A stretch of 64,000 nt of DNA, from IMG/VR virus record IMGVR_UViG_3300020045_008999, positions 512,001 to 576,000 of that record; one strand, given 5' to 3'. Source of the DNA: a virus. Taxonomy: Duplodnaviria; Heunggongvirae; Uroviricota; Caudoviricetes. Shown piece by piece: positions 1-10,466 of this stretch. The position numbers and the translations under genes are program-made. A model generated the notes under the pieces. It was not told the DNA's origin. It saw only the letters and a list, made by a program, of their open reading frames with translations, and made no database searches. How positions within the stretch are numbered: position 1 is the stretch's first letter; every line of letters begins with the position of its first letter.

Positions 1-273
1 TGGAATTAAATCCTGATATAATTCATATATTTCATTTGTCAATATGGTATATCCATGTGAACTAACATTCGAATAACCCTTTTTTATTATCTTAGTGAAT
101 TTATGATACTCATCACCATATAGATTATATTTTGCCTCATATTTAAATACTAATAGAACGACTTTTATATACAAATCCCGTACTTTCTTGTGTTGTATTT
201 GTCTCCTAAACTGGTCATAAAAAGCGTAAATGGTTATTAATAATATAATTATTGGGATATAAATGTACCACAT
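1..273 (-). CDS. Hypothetical membrane-anchored protein, partial (runs off window start)
   Basis: Own translation: ATG at 273, MWYIYIPIIILLITIYAF... open to base 1; TATATTTG promoter just upstream (286-293, minus); end resembles the 9811/10221 family. Confidence 0.6.
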   Translation of the reverse strand, partial: MWYIYIPIIILLITIYAFYDQFRRQIQHKKVRDLYIKVVLLVFKYEAKYNLYGDEYHKFTKIIKKGYSNVSSHGYTILTNEIYELYQDLIP

Positions 274-318
274 ATACTTTTTTCACAAATATAGTAAAAT
301 ATTAAAACAATACTACAT

Positions 319-1179
319 TTATTTCTTATTTTCATCGTAATACTTTTGCATACATTTTTTAGCATCATCAGATACTAAGTTCATGGTTTTTTCAATTTCA
401 CGAAATAACATTTGTCCGCTTTCATACATATCATCATACATACATTCCAATACATCCAACCAACATTCTTTACCATGTAATACGCCAAATGGATCACCTT
501 TACCGATTAGTTCTGGATATTTATGAGAAGCTATGAACCAATTACCATCATATTTATGAGTATATTTGATTTTATTATATTGATCATCCTTGGGCATTAT
601 CCTAAATAGAATTGCTTGTTGATTCCAATTAGAGAAACCAGAAAAATTTTTAGAACACCAAGCAGTATTTGCAGCAGTTTCTCTTGCAGATGTAAAATTA
701 AGAGGTACATAAATGTCGATTTCATTATCGGAATATACAATGTCAAATTTTGCATTTTCCGTGTCTTGTAAATATTCATCATATAATGGCATCATCTTAT
801 TAACAAACATATGTAATGAATATTTATTGATATCTTTCTCTATTAAATTACGAATCACTCCACCAATCGCATATTGATTTTCTTTGAACTTATTTCTAAA
901 CCAATTAGTAGAGAATATGAATAAATAAGTGCTCAAATTATCAATATACTTTTCATCACCCAATAGATCATTGGTAAGTTGTGCATTTTTATACGTCTGA
1001 ATTAACCACTTTGAATATTTACCTGGTTTAGAAAAGTCTTTTTTCCTAACCGTGGTTGGATCTATGTTTATAATTTTATAAAATATCTTTTTATCAATAT
1101 TAGAATAATATTTAGAATGGATTGTTTCGGTCCCTAAAGTCGCTTCGTTGATAAAATCATAATATTTTTTAAGCCCCAT
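319..1179 (-). CDS. Hypothetical phage protein with capsid-targeting-like N-terminus and 'WC' domain
   Basis: 286 aa; MGLKKYYDFINEA; ANTAWCS motif shared with ORF 43657; TTAATATATA upstream. Confidence 0.7.
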   Translation of the reverse strand: MGLKKYYDFINEATLGTETIHSKYYSNIDKKIFYKIINIDPTTVRKKDFSKPGKYSKWLIQTYKNAQLTNDLLGDEKYIDNLSTYLFIFSTNWFRNKFKENQYAIGGVIRNLIEKDINKYSLHMFVNKMMPLYDEYLQDTENAKFDIVYSDNEIDIYVPLNFTSARETAANTAWCSKNFSGFSNWNQQAILFRIMPKDDQYNKIKYTHKYDGNWFIASHKYPELIGKGDPFGVLHGKECWLDVLECMYDDMYESGQMLFREIEKTMNLVSDDAKKCMQKYYDENKK

Positions 1180-1259
1180 GTTTAAAATTCTTTAGGGTAT
1201 ATATTAAAAAGGAAGCATGTACATTTCTATATATATATCACAAAAATAACACACCAATT

Positions 1260-1958
1260 ATGGAAATGAATATCATTGGTATTGATCCCAGTTTAATATC
1301 AACAGCAGTCGTAATAAATGGTGTATTGTATAATTATTGTAGAGAAAAAGATGCCACAATTAAAAATGGATTAGCTAAATGGTTCAGAATGTGCGAAGAA
1401 TATATGAATCTGAGATATATTAGTTACCGAACATTTGAGGGATATTCAAATGGGGAATTAATAAAATTAAAGGATTATGATGCGATAACCGATATGATTA
1501 TCCATGACATCGAAAAGGCTATAGATAAAACGAAGCCAACCAGAATTGGGATAGAGGGCTACAGTTATTCGAGTGATGCTGGGGCCATAATTGATTTGGT
1601 CACGTTTTCCACATTATTGCGTAAAAAATTATTTGATCATATCAGCGAAGACATATTAGTATTATCACCAACATCACTTAAATTGGAGTCTTGTAAACTA
1701 ACCTATCCGGTAAAAGATGTTGGTAAAAAGAAACCAAAGTTAGAGTGGCGAAATTACCAAGGTATAGCCGGTGGTAAATTTTTAAAGAATGATATGTACA
1801 TGGCCCTGGTCGAAAATCAAAATCTAAATAGTGATTGGGTAAAACACCTACGCGATATCAAAGACGAAATGTTTGAAGGGAAAACTATCAAGAAACCGTA
1901 TGAAGATATGAATGATGCATTTTTGATATACACATTAATTCATGAAAAAAAGATATAA
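1260..1958 (+). CDS. ruvC: RuvC-like Holliday junction resolvase
   Basis: IIGIDPSLISTA, IGIEGYSY and C-terminal D-x2-DA acidic catalytic residues. Confidence 0.75.
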   Translation: MEMNIIGIDPSLISTAVVINGVLYNYCREKDATIKNGLAKWFRMCEEYMNLRYISYRTFEGYSNGELIKLKDYDAITDMIIHDIEKAIDKTKPTRIGIEGYSYSSDAGAIIDLVTFSTLLRKKLFDHISEDILVLSPTSLKLESCKLTYPVKDVGKKKPKLEWRNYQGIAGGKFLKNDMYMALVENQNLNSDWVKHLRDIKDEMFEGKTIKKPYEDMNDAFLIYTLIHEKKI

Positions 1959-1981
1959 TCATTTAGATTATATCTTTTTTC
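1945..1981. terminator. Bidirectional intrinsic terminator
   Basis: AAAAAAGATATAATC-loop-GATTATATCTTTTTT between convergent genes. Confidence 0.7.
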
Positions 1982-1985
1982 ATAA

Positions 1986-4016
1986 TTAATTATAAACTCG
2001 TACCTCAACTGAGGCCGATGCTAGAACCCCATCAACAGCCCCACCAGAGTGGTTCGCTGTAGTAACCATAATCGTATTATCAGAAATTCTGGCAATTTTC
2101 ACTATATCGGCACCAATTCCAAGTCCACCCGAAATAGTGAGATACGTTTTACCATCCGTAAATGCCCCTGTTCGATTACCATAGTAATATCCAACCCCAC
2201 CATATGTCCATGTAATTGGTGCCGATAAGGTACTTTCCAATACCGTAGGTGATGGTGCTGATGTACCAGACTGACTTACCAATGCTACATAAATTTTATA
2301 AGGTCTAATAGCAGCAACATCTTCCACTAATGCAACAACACCATCTTTATCCGGAAATGAAAAAGTTTTAGGAACCGAAGTTGATATTAATTTAGTATCT
2401 AATCTAGCAAAACCAGACAATGTAGTGGAAGCAATTCCAATATGATCACCTGATCTTTTTAAAATTGGCGAACTACCACCACTAGTAAAACCATTATCTA
2501 CTGAAAATTGAATATAATCACTGAATGTTTTAGTGCCGGCTATGGACTGACCACCGGTAATTTTAACAGTTGTTGCCAAATCAGTATCATCCAGTAAAAT
2601 ACCATTTCTATTTTGTAAACTATAAACTCGGTTAGCAGTATTTACATTAGTAAAATATGATGAGAATGTATCGCCGACGTTTCTTAATAATAATTTACCA
2701 TCCAAAAATGTTTTATCACCAGTCACCGTCTGTACGGTGGCAAGTAACATATCACCAGATCCACCACCGCTAACAATATTACCAGTACCTATTACACTCT
2801 CACCATTAATGGTTTTAAAATCACTTGTGGTTGCCAGTGTATAATCACCAGCAAGCGGCATTGCCGGTACAAAAATATTTGTAAACGCAACTGGGTTTAT
2901 AAATTTAAGACGGGTGTCAAAAGTAGCATTTCCTTGTAATATATCAGTTTCGCCATTAGTTACACTGAAATATCCTTGTTTCAAAACATCACCACCACCA
3001 TCTGCCAATACACTACCAACAGTTACAAAGTTATGTCTAGCAAAAATTTCTGAATATTTAGTCTCATCTGAATTCAATATTACCGATTTAAATTCGCGAT
3101 CACCTGGTAAACCAGTAAGAATATTAAATGAATCAGTACCTAATACAACACCACCACCGGTTTCTATAACACTTTGTAAATCCTGAGGGGTGCCACCGGT
3201 TACTATAGTTATCTCACCCTGAGCATTTGCAACCTGACCATTAATCTTAATTGGTAAATTATAAACACCAGGGGATGTGGGTGCGGGGAATGAAATTGTA
3301 CCCGTCTCAACTGGTAGATTAAAATTTACAGTTGTGTCTTTATTTAAGGTTTCATTTTTTTGATAAAAATAAAAATCACCATTATTAACATTAATTCCAC
3401 CTTCTTTAAATGGACTATGATTATAAAAATTAATACTATTAGGATTAAAATATAACTCGGTATGATTAGTTCCAATAGCGTCTGCATAAACACCTACATT
3501 AAAATTCCTATAATTCACCTCCCCACCTAAAATACTAACAAATGATACACCAGCGTCTTTAGATGCAGATTGACCGTTATCCAATACACTTTGTAAATCA
3601 GGTGCACTACCATTAGATTCAACACTATTGATTAAGATTAAATCAGTACTAGTAATATTTATTAGTCCAGATGATTTTTCGCGCAATATAAATAGCTTTC
3701 GTTCATCAACTGGACCACTTACCTCAAAATAATATAATTGCCCCTTAGAAACCGTAATGAGAAGTGTGTTGATGTATTGAGCTATGATTGTAGAGGTAAG
3801 ATCTTCATAGTTTGAAACTCCGGTATCAGTATACGAAAATTGAACCAATAAATTTTCAATTTCCATTCCACCAATTTGCCAGACTATTCCATCACTATCT
3901 TTTACGCTTAATTCATTGTATTGATTGAATCCTAATGCTAATTGTCCACTTAATGGAATATCAACATCATTCCCATCCCCATTGAAAATATGTGTTCCTA
4001 ATATAACTATACTCAT
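1986..4016 (-). CDS. Tail fibre-like structural protein
   Basis: 676 aa, G/T/S/N-rich; two LQSV-x3-G repeats, FKTINGESVIGTGNI, QTVTGDKTF/QSIAGTKTF fibre motifs. Confidence 0.7.
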   Translation of the reverse strand: MSIVILGTHIFNGDGNDVDIPLSGQLALGFNQYNELSVKDSDGIVWQIGGMEIENLLVQFSYTDTGVSNYEDLTSTIIAQYINTLLITVSKGQLYYFEVSGPVDERKLFILREKSSGLINITSTDLILINSVESNGSAPDLQSVLDNGQSASKDAGVSFVSILGGEVNYRNFNVGVYADAIGTNHTELYFNPNSINFYNHSPFKEGGINVNNGDFYFYQKNETLNKDTTVNFNLPVETGTISFPAPTSPGVYNLPIKINGQVANAQGEITIVTGGTPQDLQSVIETGGGVVLGTDSFNILTGLPGDREFKSVILNSDETKYSEIFARHNFVTVGSVLADGGGDVLKQGYFSVTNGETDILQGNATFDTRLKFINPVAFTNIFVPAMPLAGDYTLATTSDFKTINGESVIGTGNIVSGGGSGDMLLATVQTVTGDKTFLDGKLLLRNVGDTFSSYFTNVNTANRVYSLQNRNGILLDDTDLATTVKITGGQSIAGTKTFSDYIQFSVDNGFTSGGSSPILKRSGDHIGIASTTLSGFARLDTKLISTSVPKTFSFPDKDGVVALVEDVAAIRPYKIYVALVSQSGTSAPSPTVLESTLSAPITWTYGGVGYYYGNRTGAFTDGKTYLTISGGLGIGADIVKIARISDNTIMVTTANHSGGAVDGVLASASVEVRVYN

Positions 4017-4060
4017 AATGTAAATTACTTTACACTATATATTAAAAACTGAATAAGATT

Positions 4061-4288
4061 TTACTTTAATATGTCTCTAATATTATTATTTCGAGTCCGC
4101 ACTTTCTCATATTCATCCGGCTCCATTATATCATCATCCGTAATTAGTTCATGTACAAATTTATTAGATTCATTATAATATGACACAACATACTTATCAT
4201 TATCTTCTCGAATTTTAACAATAGTAGCTATTTTCAAATTTTTAGATAATAAGACCCGATCACCTATATAATGATTCATCTTTTTCAT
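4061..4288 (-). CDS. Small hypothetical protein (SH3/KOW-like) with C-terminal R-x3-I-x2-IL
   Basis: 75 aa; IGDRV start, ends RNNNIRDILK. Confidence 0.6.
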   Translation of the reverse strand: MKKMNHYIGDRVLLSKNLKIATIVKIREDNDKYVVSYYNESNKFVHELITDDDIMEPDEYEKVRTRNNNIRDILK

Positions 4289-4442
4289 AATGATAATCCT
4301 AATTAATTTATTTTACTTACCAGATATATATAAATATTATAATATTATTTATATTATATATCATGATGTTGCACCTTTTTTTAAAATATAACTAACTTTT
4401 CTTACAAAAAAACCTCATTTAAATTCTTTAATAATTAAAATT

Positions 4443-4490
4443 TTATCTAGATACCCAGATTGTCCCATTATGCCATACAGGTGTCACTAC
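4443..4490 (-). pseudogene. Orphan remnant of a tail-fibre C-terminus
   Basis: Translates VVTPVWHNGTIWVSR*, similar to TVKCPVFWNGTNWIS* ending ORF 4586..6574; no in-frame ATG found. Confidence 0.55.
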
Positions 4491-4585
4491 AAGTATCACT
4501 ACAGGTGAATTAATTACCAAATACAATATTATGAATCGCTAAATTAGAAAACGCACTTAGTGAAAAGTTATCCATCTTGAAATTA

Positions 4586-6574
4586 TTATGAAATCCAATT
4601 CGTTCCATTCCAAAAAACAGGACATTTTACCGTTCCGCCTCCTGTTAATGTTCCTAAGTAAGTAGGTGCATTTGCGTCAGTTACATATAAAGTTTGTCCA
4701 AATTCTTTAGTACCAGTTGGCAATGTAGCAACTGTAAATCTATTAAATGAAATACTAGATAATATACTTAAATCATTATATTGGAAAAGATTACCTATAT
4801 TATTATAATTAAAAAAGAATCCTATATTATTATAACTAAAACCACCACCTACTGAATTTGATTGGAAATTATTATCTATTGTATTTGAAGTAAAATTATG
4901 TTTAATGTGGTTCCTTCTGAAATCATCACTTATAGTATTTAAAGCAAAGAAGTCTCCTACAGTATTAGAGTAAAAACCATTACCTATAGTATTGTCTTGG
5001 AAGTCGTTGCCTATTAAATTATCGTGACATGAATTACCTATAACTGTATTGAATAGTTGGTATGTTTTTATAAAGTTATTATAAACATTATTATAATCTT
5101 CAAATAATAAAAAATCCGTACCACTTCTATCGTACTTTACATGCCTCCAGTCTGTCCCTATATCATTATTTTGTTTAGTATCTATTCTACGATAAATTTT
5201 ACCTTTTGTAAATCCTTCACTTCCATATCCATTTCCTATATCCCCAGTAACTTCATAATAAATTATATCTTGAGGGTATAATTTAGAGTAAGATATATTA
5301 CTAATTTTATTAATATCCAATGCGGTGAGATATAAAGGTTCTATGATTTCACTAGATTTTAACACTCCTGTTTGTGGCTGAGTGTAAACGGTCATATAAT
5401 CGTTTAATAAATAAGTATCTCCTTTAACCAAACCATTATTAGCTATAAGTGTGGTTAATTCTAAATATGTTACACTTTGTAAATTTTGGGTACCTGATAA
5501 AGTAACATTACCATTGACATCAGCTTGAATACCATTAACTGATGTAGCCAAAATATAGGCTCCGGTTGTGTTAGGTGCTGGAAAATTTATTGTTGTATTT
5601 GCAACAACAGGTGTTGTAATACCTATAGTTGATGAAAACAAACCCAGTTGAGTACTAATGCCAAGTACACCATTATCTATTCTTATCTGAGAAATGTTTT
5701 CAGTTGAAAAAGGATTTAAAATATTTGAACCCTTTCCTACAATTATAACATAGCCGCTATTCAAAGTCAATTGTGTTTCTGATGAAGAATCTTCGCTATA
5801 AATTGATACATCGAATTTAGTATTAGCAGCATCACCTGATTCTACACCAAAGTAAGCATTACCACTACCAAAATCAGCATAGCTTTGGGCTCCACCAGCA
5901 TCTATTACATTTTGTAAAGTAGGTACATTAGCTTGAAACCATTCTTTAGTAGTAAGAATTTTACCTGTAACATCTTCATTAATTAATGCTGTAGTTAAAC
6001 TCGGTGCTTCTATAGACCCATTCAATCTTACAATAAGTGCATCGCTTCTTGTAAGTACATTATAATCACTATCATTATTTGCAATCGTACCGTTACCTAC
6101 CACAAATAATGGTTTATTTGTAGAGTTGAAATCTATTATACCCTCTAGTATAATATTGGATGCTTGCCCCACTACGGTAGTATTCATACTGGTAACATCG
6201 TGACCAATGCCAAATAATGAGTTAGTATAACCAGCATCTCTTAAATTTATCCCGGCATCAAAACTACCAATTCCATTGTTTATGATATCATTTCCAAATA
6301 CAATAGAACTATAATTGCCAGCTCTGACATAATTACCAACTGCGAATGAAGATGTACCCACCGCACCGAAAGTATCCCCCACGGTATCACTCCAGCTAAA
6401 ATCAACAGCATCCATACCGACATTGCCATATACCAGAGGATTTCGATCGGTTAGTATATAACCAAATCCATTACCCTCATCTATTTTTAACAGCCCCGAA
6501 CTAATTACTAGTTCAATATTACCATTTGAATCCCCTTCAATTCCATTAAAACTACGTAAAAATGATTTATTCAT
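4586..6574 (-). CDS. Tail fibre/spike protein with C-terminal beta-helix
   Basis: 662 aa; YadA-head-like segment, TLQNVIDAGG module, (N-x-IGN-x-F) repeats, YVTDANAPTYLG...WNGTNW tip. Confidence 0.7.
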   Translation of the reverse strand: MNKSFLRSFNGIEGDSNGNIELVISSGLLKIDEGNGFGYILTDRNPLVYGNVGMDAVDFSWSDTVGDTFGAVGTSSFAVGNYVRAGNYSSIVFGNDIINNGIGSFDAGINLRDAGYTNSLFGIGHDVTSMNTTVVGQASNIILEGIIDFNSTNKPLFVVGNGTIANNDSDYNVLTRSDALIVRLNGSIEAPSLTTALINEDVTGKILTTKEWFQANVPTLQNVIDAGGAQSYADFGSGNAYFGVESGDAANTKFDVSIYSEDSSSETQLTLNSGYVIIVGKGSNILNPFSTENISQIRIDNGVLGISTQLGLFSSTIGITTPVVANTTINFPAPNTTGAYILATSVNGIQADVNGNVTLSGTQNLQSVTYLELTTLIANNGLVKGDTYLLNDYMTVYTQPQTGVLKSSEIIEPLYLTALDINKISNISYSKLYPQDIIYYEVTGDIGNGYGSEGFTKGKIYRRIDTKQNNDIGTDWRHVKYDRSGTDFLLFEDYNNVYNNFIKTYQLFNTVIGNSCHDNLIGNDFQDNTIGNGFYSNTVGDFFALNTISDDFRRNHIKHNFTSNTIDNNFQSNSVGGGFSYNNIGFFFNYNNIGNLFQYNDLSILSSISFNRFTVATLPTGTKEFGQTLYVTDANAPTYLGTLTGGGTVKCPVFWNGTNWIS

Positions 6575-6591
6575 CTATTCATTATTTATTT

Positions 6592-8313
6592 TTAGTCAAG
6601 TATATCAGCAATGATTAATAAATCATTGTTATTATAATATCTTATTTTAGTTGTACCATCCGGTTTCCCATATACAGTTTTATGATAGTTGGAAAATAAT
6701 ATAGTAGCAGCCGTTATGTCACCGATGACAATACCACCCTCAAATGTGATCAAGGAAATTGTTTTTGATAATATATCTATACCAGTACCAATGGACAAAA
6801 CCCCGTCATTTAACATATTAAATTGAATAAGACTGGTAGTTAATGAATTATTTAGAATTTTACTATTGTGATTCAAAATATTCATGTAAATTTTACTAGT
6901 ATTAACAACCGTATTATTTTCTATAAATGATAAAGTGTTACATGTGTTACCCTCTATTAAAGCATCACTCATTACATTATTTAAAATAGTAGCGTTGTTC
7001 AAATTATTTTTTAAAATATTACTAAAATTAATTATATTATTGTCGGCAATGTAGCTATTGACTAATTTATTTTTTTCAATCACACTTTGTGTAGATACAC
7101 TATTCCCACTAATAACTGAATTACTTTCCAAAATGTTATTTACGATATTACCAGAATCTGATACATTTAACAGTATTTGACTGGTATGTAAAATATTGTT
7201 ATATATACCCCCTGCCGAAAATGAATTATGTGATATTTCACCACCATCATACAACTGATTGTTTGTTATGTTCGAATCCAGTAATAGGTTATGACCAATA
7301 TAGCTATTTGTCAGATTGTTATAATCAATAATACTACTACCACCCATTATTATATTGTTGAAAATAGCACTATTATTACTAAGAACATTATTAGATATTC
7401 GATTGCCCATAAAATTAATACATTCTAAATATGAATTGGATACATTATTATTGAATAAATTCGAATTTCCAAACATAAACGAAGCTATACTACTAGCCAA
7501 CCCTTCATCTTGATTGTAATCCTGAAAATTATCATAAGTATTTATCACATTATTATTGAGCAATGGATCAAATCTTCTGTATATAAAATCGTTTTCATTA
7601 TCATATTCAATAATATGGATTGATTTATTATAATCATCTAAACTATATGTATCCTTAAGCCAATCGACACTTAAATTCAAAACATCAACATTTGATCCCA
7701 AATTTCCGGATATATTAGTCCATGAGTATCCACCCCATATTATTTTTTCATCAGTATATGAAGTTTTTCTACTAATTTGAGCAATTAATAATGTTGCCCC
7801 CGAAGTGTTTCCCGTTATACTTGATACACTGCTCCAATCCCCAATCAAATTACTAAGTATGACTATGTGATTTCGATCACCTAATATAAACGGAATTCCA
7901 ATCATCGTAGCCGTGGCCCCATTATTTGAAGTTATATTTTCATTATTTGTAAAATTACCTACCGGTTGGGCGGAAATACTACTTACTAAAGTACTTTTAT
8001 CATCCCATATTGAGGTTGATCCATATAAAGGATCCCAAAATTCCCCGTATCCAATTGCGGATAATGTATCGTCACTTAATGCTTCTAAGAATATGGTAGT
8101 CCCGGATTCAGTACCATCATTATACAATGATTTATGTACTCCTGTTATTTTATATATTGTTCCGCGCACAAGACTCTTTGTTAAAATCAACGAACTTATT
8201 TGTTCTCTGGTTCTCTCAACAATTGTAGAGGTTTCGTCATTTATCAATAATAAATTTTCCGGCACTATTGAACTTATCAGACCCTTTCCTACATTTACTA
8301 TTTCGTATATCAT
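6592..8313 (-). CDS. Asn-rich beta-helix structural protein (tail spike-like)
   Basis: 573 aa; repeated I-x-NN-x-L-x-NS pattern. Confidence 0.6.
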   Translation of the reverse strand: MIYEIVNVGKGLISSIVPENLLLINDETSTIVERTREQISSLILTKSLVRGTIYKITGVHKSLYNDGTESGTTIFLEALSDDTLSAIGYGEFWDPLYGSTSIWDDKSTLVSSISAQPVGNFTNNENITSNNGATATMIGIPFILGDRNHIVILSNLIGDWSSVSSITGNTSGATLLIAQISRKTSYTDEKIIWGGYSWTNISGNLGSNVDVLNLSVDWLKDTYSLDDYNKSIHIIEYDNENDFIYRRFDPLLNNNVINTYDNFQDYNQDEGLASSIASFMFGNSNLFNNNVSNSYLECINFMGNRISNNVLSNNSAIFNNIIMGGSSIIDYNNLTNSYIGHNLLLDSNITNNQLYDGGEISHNSFSAGGIYNNILHTSQILLNVSDSGNIVNNILESNSVISGNSVSTQSVIEKNKLVNSYIADNNIINFSNILKNNLNNATILNNVMSDALIEGNTCNTLSFIENNTVVNTSKIYMNILNHNSKILNNSLTTSLIQFNMLNDGVLSIGTGIDILSKTISLITFEGGIVIGDITAATILFSNYHKTVYGKPDGTTKIRYYNNNDLLIIADILD

Positions 8314-8337
8314 ATCTTAATTGATTTTATTTTATTG

Positions 8338-9312
8338 TTATAGAACTGAACAAGTATATTCAGTAACTGCACCGTTTACGATATAAAGATTTCCGGTGTT
8401 TTTCCAATATCTACCGTTTGGTAGTAATTCAATACCCTCTGAATCTATGTAAATTAAATCACCGACCTGAAAATTGGTTGGGTCAGCACTAGTATATACG
8501 GTTTGAGTTGGGAAGAATTGTGGGGTGGGATCGCATAAAGATATTGCATTATTCACACCTATTGAAAACGATTCATATACAGTCAATGGTGAATTAGATA
8601 CAACAATATTCCACTTACTATCTGTATCCGCAATGGTTCTTTCTTCTTCTGGTAATGCTAATATGTAATTACAAATACTTTGTTCATAACTAATCACTTC
8701 GTTAAAACTCAAATCTGCTTTATTTATATACAATGTCCGCACATAATTATCTTGTTCACCACCACCGGCCCCACTTGAAATTGAAGAAATTCCATATGTA
8801 TTACCAATTACTGGGGCAGTATTTGAACCAGTACTGGTTAATCTAACGCTTATTGTAAAGGTTGGTCCATTGTCGGTAACATCTTGAATGGTGAAAAATG
8901 CAAAATTTGTAGAATTACCAACCTCTTCAATTTTTAATATAGAGGTATCTGGCGTAGTAACTGATGAATCCAGAACACTTAGCCAGTTGTAGCTATTGAC
9001 TGAATTTACGGATATAGAGTTTAGCGTCAGAGTATAAATATCACCCACATTACCCCACACCACATTACTGTAAGTAAATTGTCCATTATTAGCATTCGAA
9101 CTAAAATCCCATCGAGTAGTATTACCCCCGTCGATACCACTAATACCAGTGGCACCTGTTTCCCCAGAATCTATGTTAGAAACAATACCAAAACTATCTT
9201 TCTTTTTTAAATTTCCATCCAGACCTATTCCGATCAATACAGTACCAGTTTCCGGGATTGGTGCAATACTATTATTGTATATATCTTCCTTTTCTAACTT
9301 AATGTTACTCAT
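8338..9312 (-). CDS. Putative structural/tail fibre-associated protein
   Basis: 324 aa; short collagen-like GETGATGISGIDG; first gene of the fibre cluster; late-type motif upstream. Confidence 0.55.
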   Translation of the reverse strand: MSNIKLEKEDIYNNSIAPIPETGTVLIGIGLDGNLKKKDSFGIVSNIDSGETGATGISGIDGGNTTRWDFSSNANNGQFTYSNVVWGNVGDIYTLTLNSISVNSVNSYNWLSVLDSSVTTPDTSILKIEEVGNSTNFAFFTIQDVTDNGPTFTISVRLTSTGSNTAPVIGNTYGISSISSGAGGGEQDNYVRTLYINKADLSFNEVISYEQSICNYILALPEEERTIADTDSKWNIVVSNSPLTVYESFSIGVNNAISLCDPTPQFFPTQTVYTSADPTNFQVGDLIYIDSEGIELLPNGRYWKNTGNLYIVNGAVTEYTCSVL

Positions 9313-9364
9313 GGTAATAATTCCTTTTTAGTATATATTAAGTTCAAAAACTTATATATAATAC

Positions 9365-9811
9365 ATGGTGAAATTATTTAAATTATCATTTGTTGAAAGT
9401 ACAGAAAAAGTACATGACTTACACAACGGACTATCGGAATATGATAAAACCACAATTGCAAAACTTAGTGTAATAGCTACATATGAATATTACACAGACG
9501 GTGTATATTTAATATTTTTACTAATGAAAGAAAATGAAATAGAAACATATGAAAATATTTTGGAAGTCAATAATATTTCCTATATTTGCAAAGACATTTC
9601 AATGGATGTCATATATAATACTTTTGATATTGAGTCTTTTTTGAAAAATACATATGAATCCGTAAATTTTCGAGATTATTATATATTTATAGAAGACGTG
9701 AAACGATGGATTATATCGGAACTGAATGTTAATTTAATTCTAGATCGTATTAATCTTTATGGCATGAGTAATTTAAGAGAACTTGATTATACAATTTTAA
9801 ATAATTATTAA
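9365..9811 (+). CDS. Hypothetical protein
   Basis: 148 aa ORF, operon-coupled. Confidence 0.6.
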   Translation: MVKLFKLSFVESTEKVHDLHNGLSEYDKTTIAKLSVIATYEYYTDGVYLIFLLMKENEIETYENILEVNNISYICKDISMDVIYNTFDIESFLKNTYESVNFRDYYIFIEDVKRWIISELNVNLILDRINLYGMSNLRELDYTILNNY

Positions 9812-10221
9812 TGGAATATATTAGTTTATTCATCTATTTATTAGCAGTCGATATATCTATATTAGTCACGTACATTTTTTGGAATCGCGACCAAAGTCAA
9901 ATTACCACACATCAATTTGACTTATCTAAAGAAATGGAAAAGCTTAATTATGATAATGAGGTAATGAAAAAATTACAATTGTTGTACGTTGAAGTGGAAA
10001 AATATTACTGTAACAATTTTGCCCCAGTGGTGAAGTTTGCCGATTTTAAAAATGGCATTACCGAATTATCACTTAGTAATTATGAAGGTAGTGATTTCAT
10101 TGCTTCGTGTGTATTACAAATCGAATATATCGAAGATTTGTTTCAGGACGAAATACCTAGACTTAAATCTGAAAAATTATGTAAACATCGCAAAATGATC
10201 ATTAATCAAATTTTAAATTAA
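9811..10221 (+). CDS. Hypothetical membrane-anchored protein
   Basis: N-terminal TM; ends RKMIINQILN. Confidence 0.6.
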   Translation: MEYISLFIYLLAVDISILVTYIFWNRDQSQITTHQFDLSKEMEKLNYDNEVMKKLQLLYVEVEKYYCNNFAPVVKFADFKNGITELSLSNYEGSDFIASCVLQIEYIEDLFQDEIPRLKSEKLCKHRKMIINQILN

Positions 10222-10460
10222 TGACTGACGAACAGAGATATTCTGATTTAATTCTAGAAATTCATGAATATTACCAAAGTGTTAAACATCCAATATTCAC
10301 GTTGAGTAGTTATGTAAGGTTAAGAGCTATAATGTATAAGTCGATACCACCTAGTAATTATTTCCATAAGATAGAAATTCTTGAACATATGTTATATTCT
10401 GATTTACCTAGATTAAAACAACAACGACGAAAAGAAACAATAGATAACATTTTTAAATAA
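10221..10460 (+). CDS. Hypothetical protein, paralog of the upstream gene's C-terminal half
   Basis: DLPRLK vs DEIPRLK; ends RKETIDNIFK. Confidence 0.6.
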   Translation: MTDEQRYSDLILEIHEYYQSVKHPIFTLSSYVRLRAIMYKSIPPSNYFHKIEILEHMLYSDLPRLKQQRRKETIDNIFK

Positions 10461-10466
10461 GTAAAT

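Noticed and set aside
1260-1958. RuvC protein as a TnpB/Cas12-like effector
   Set aside because: 232 aa, resolvase layout only, no Zn-finger, far from the array
4586-8313. Diversity-generating retroelement target in Asn-rich fibre genes
   Set aside because: No reverse transcriptase and no near-identical template repeat in the window; Asn richness is explained by beta-helix repeats
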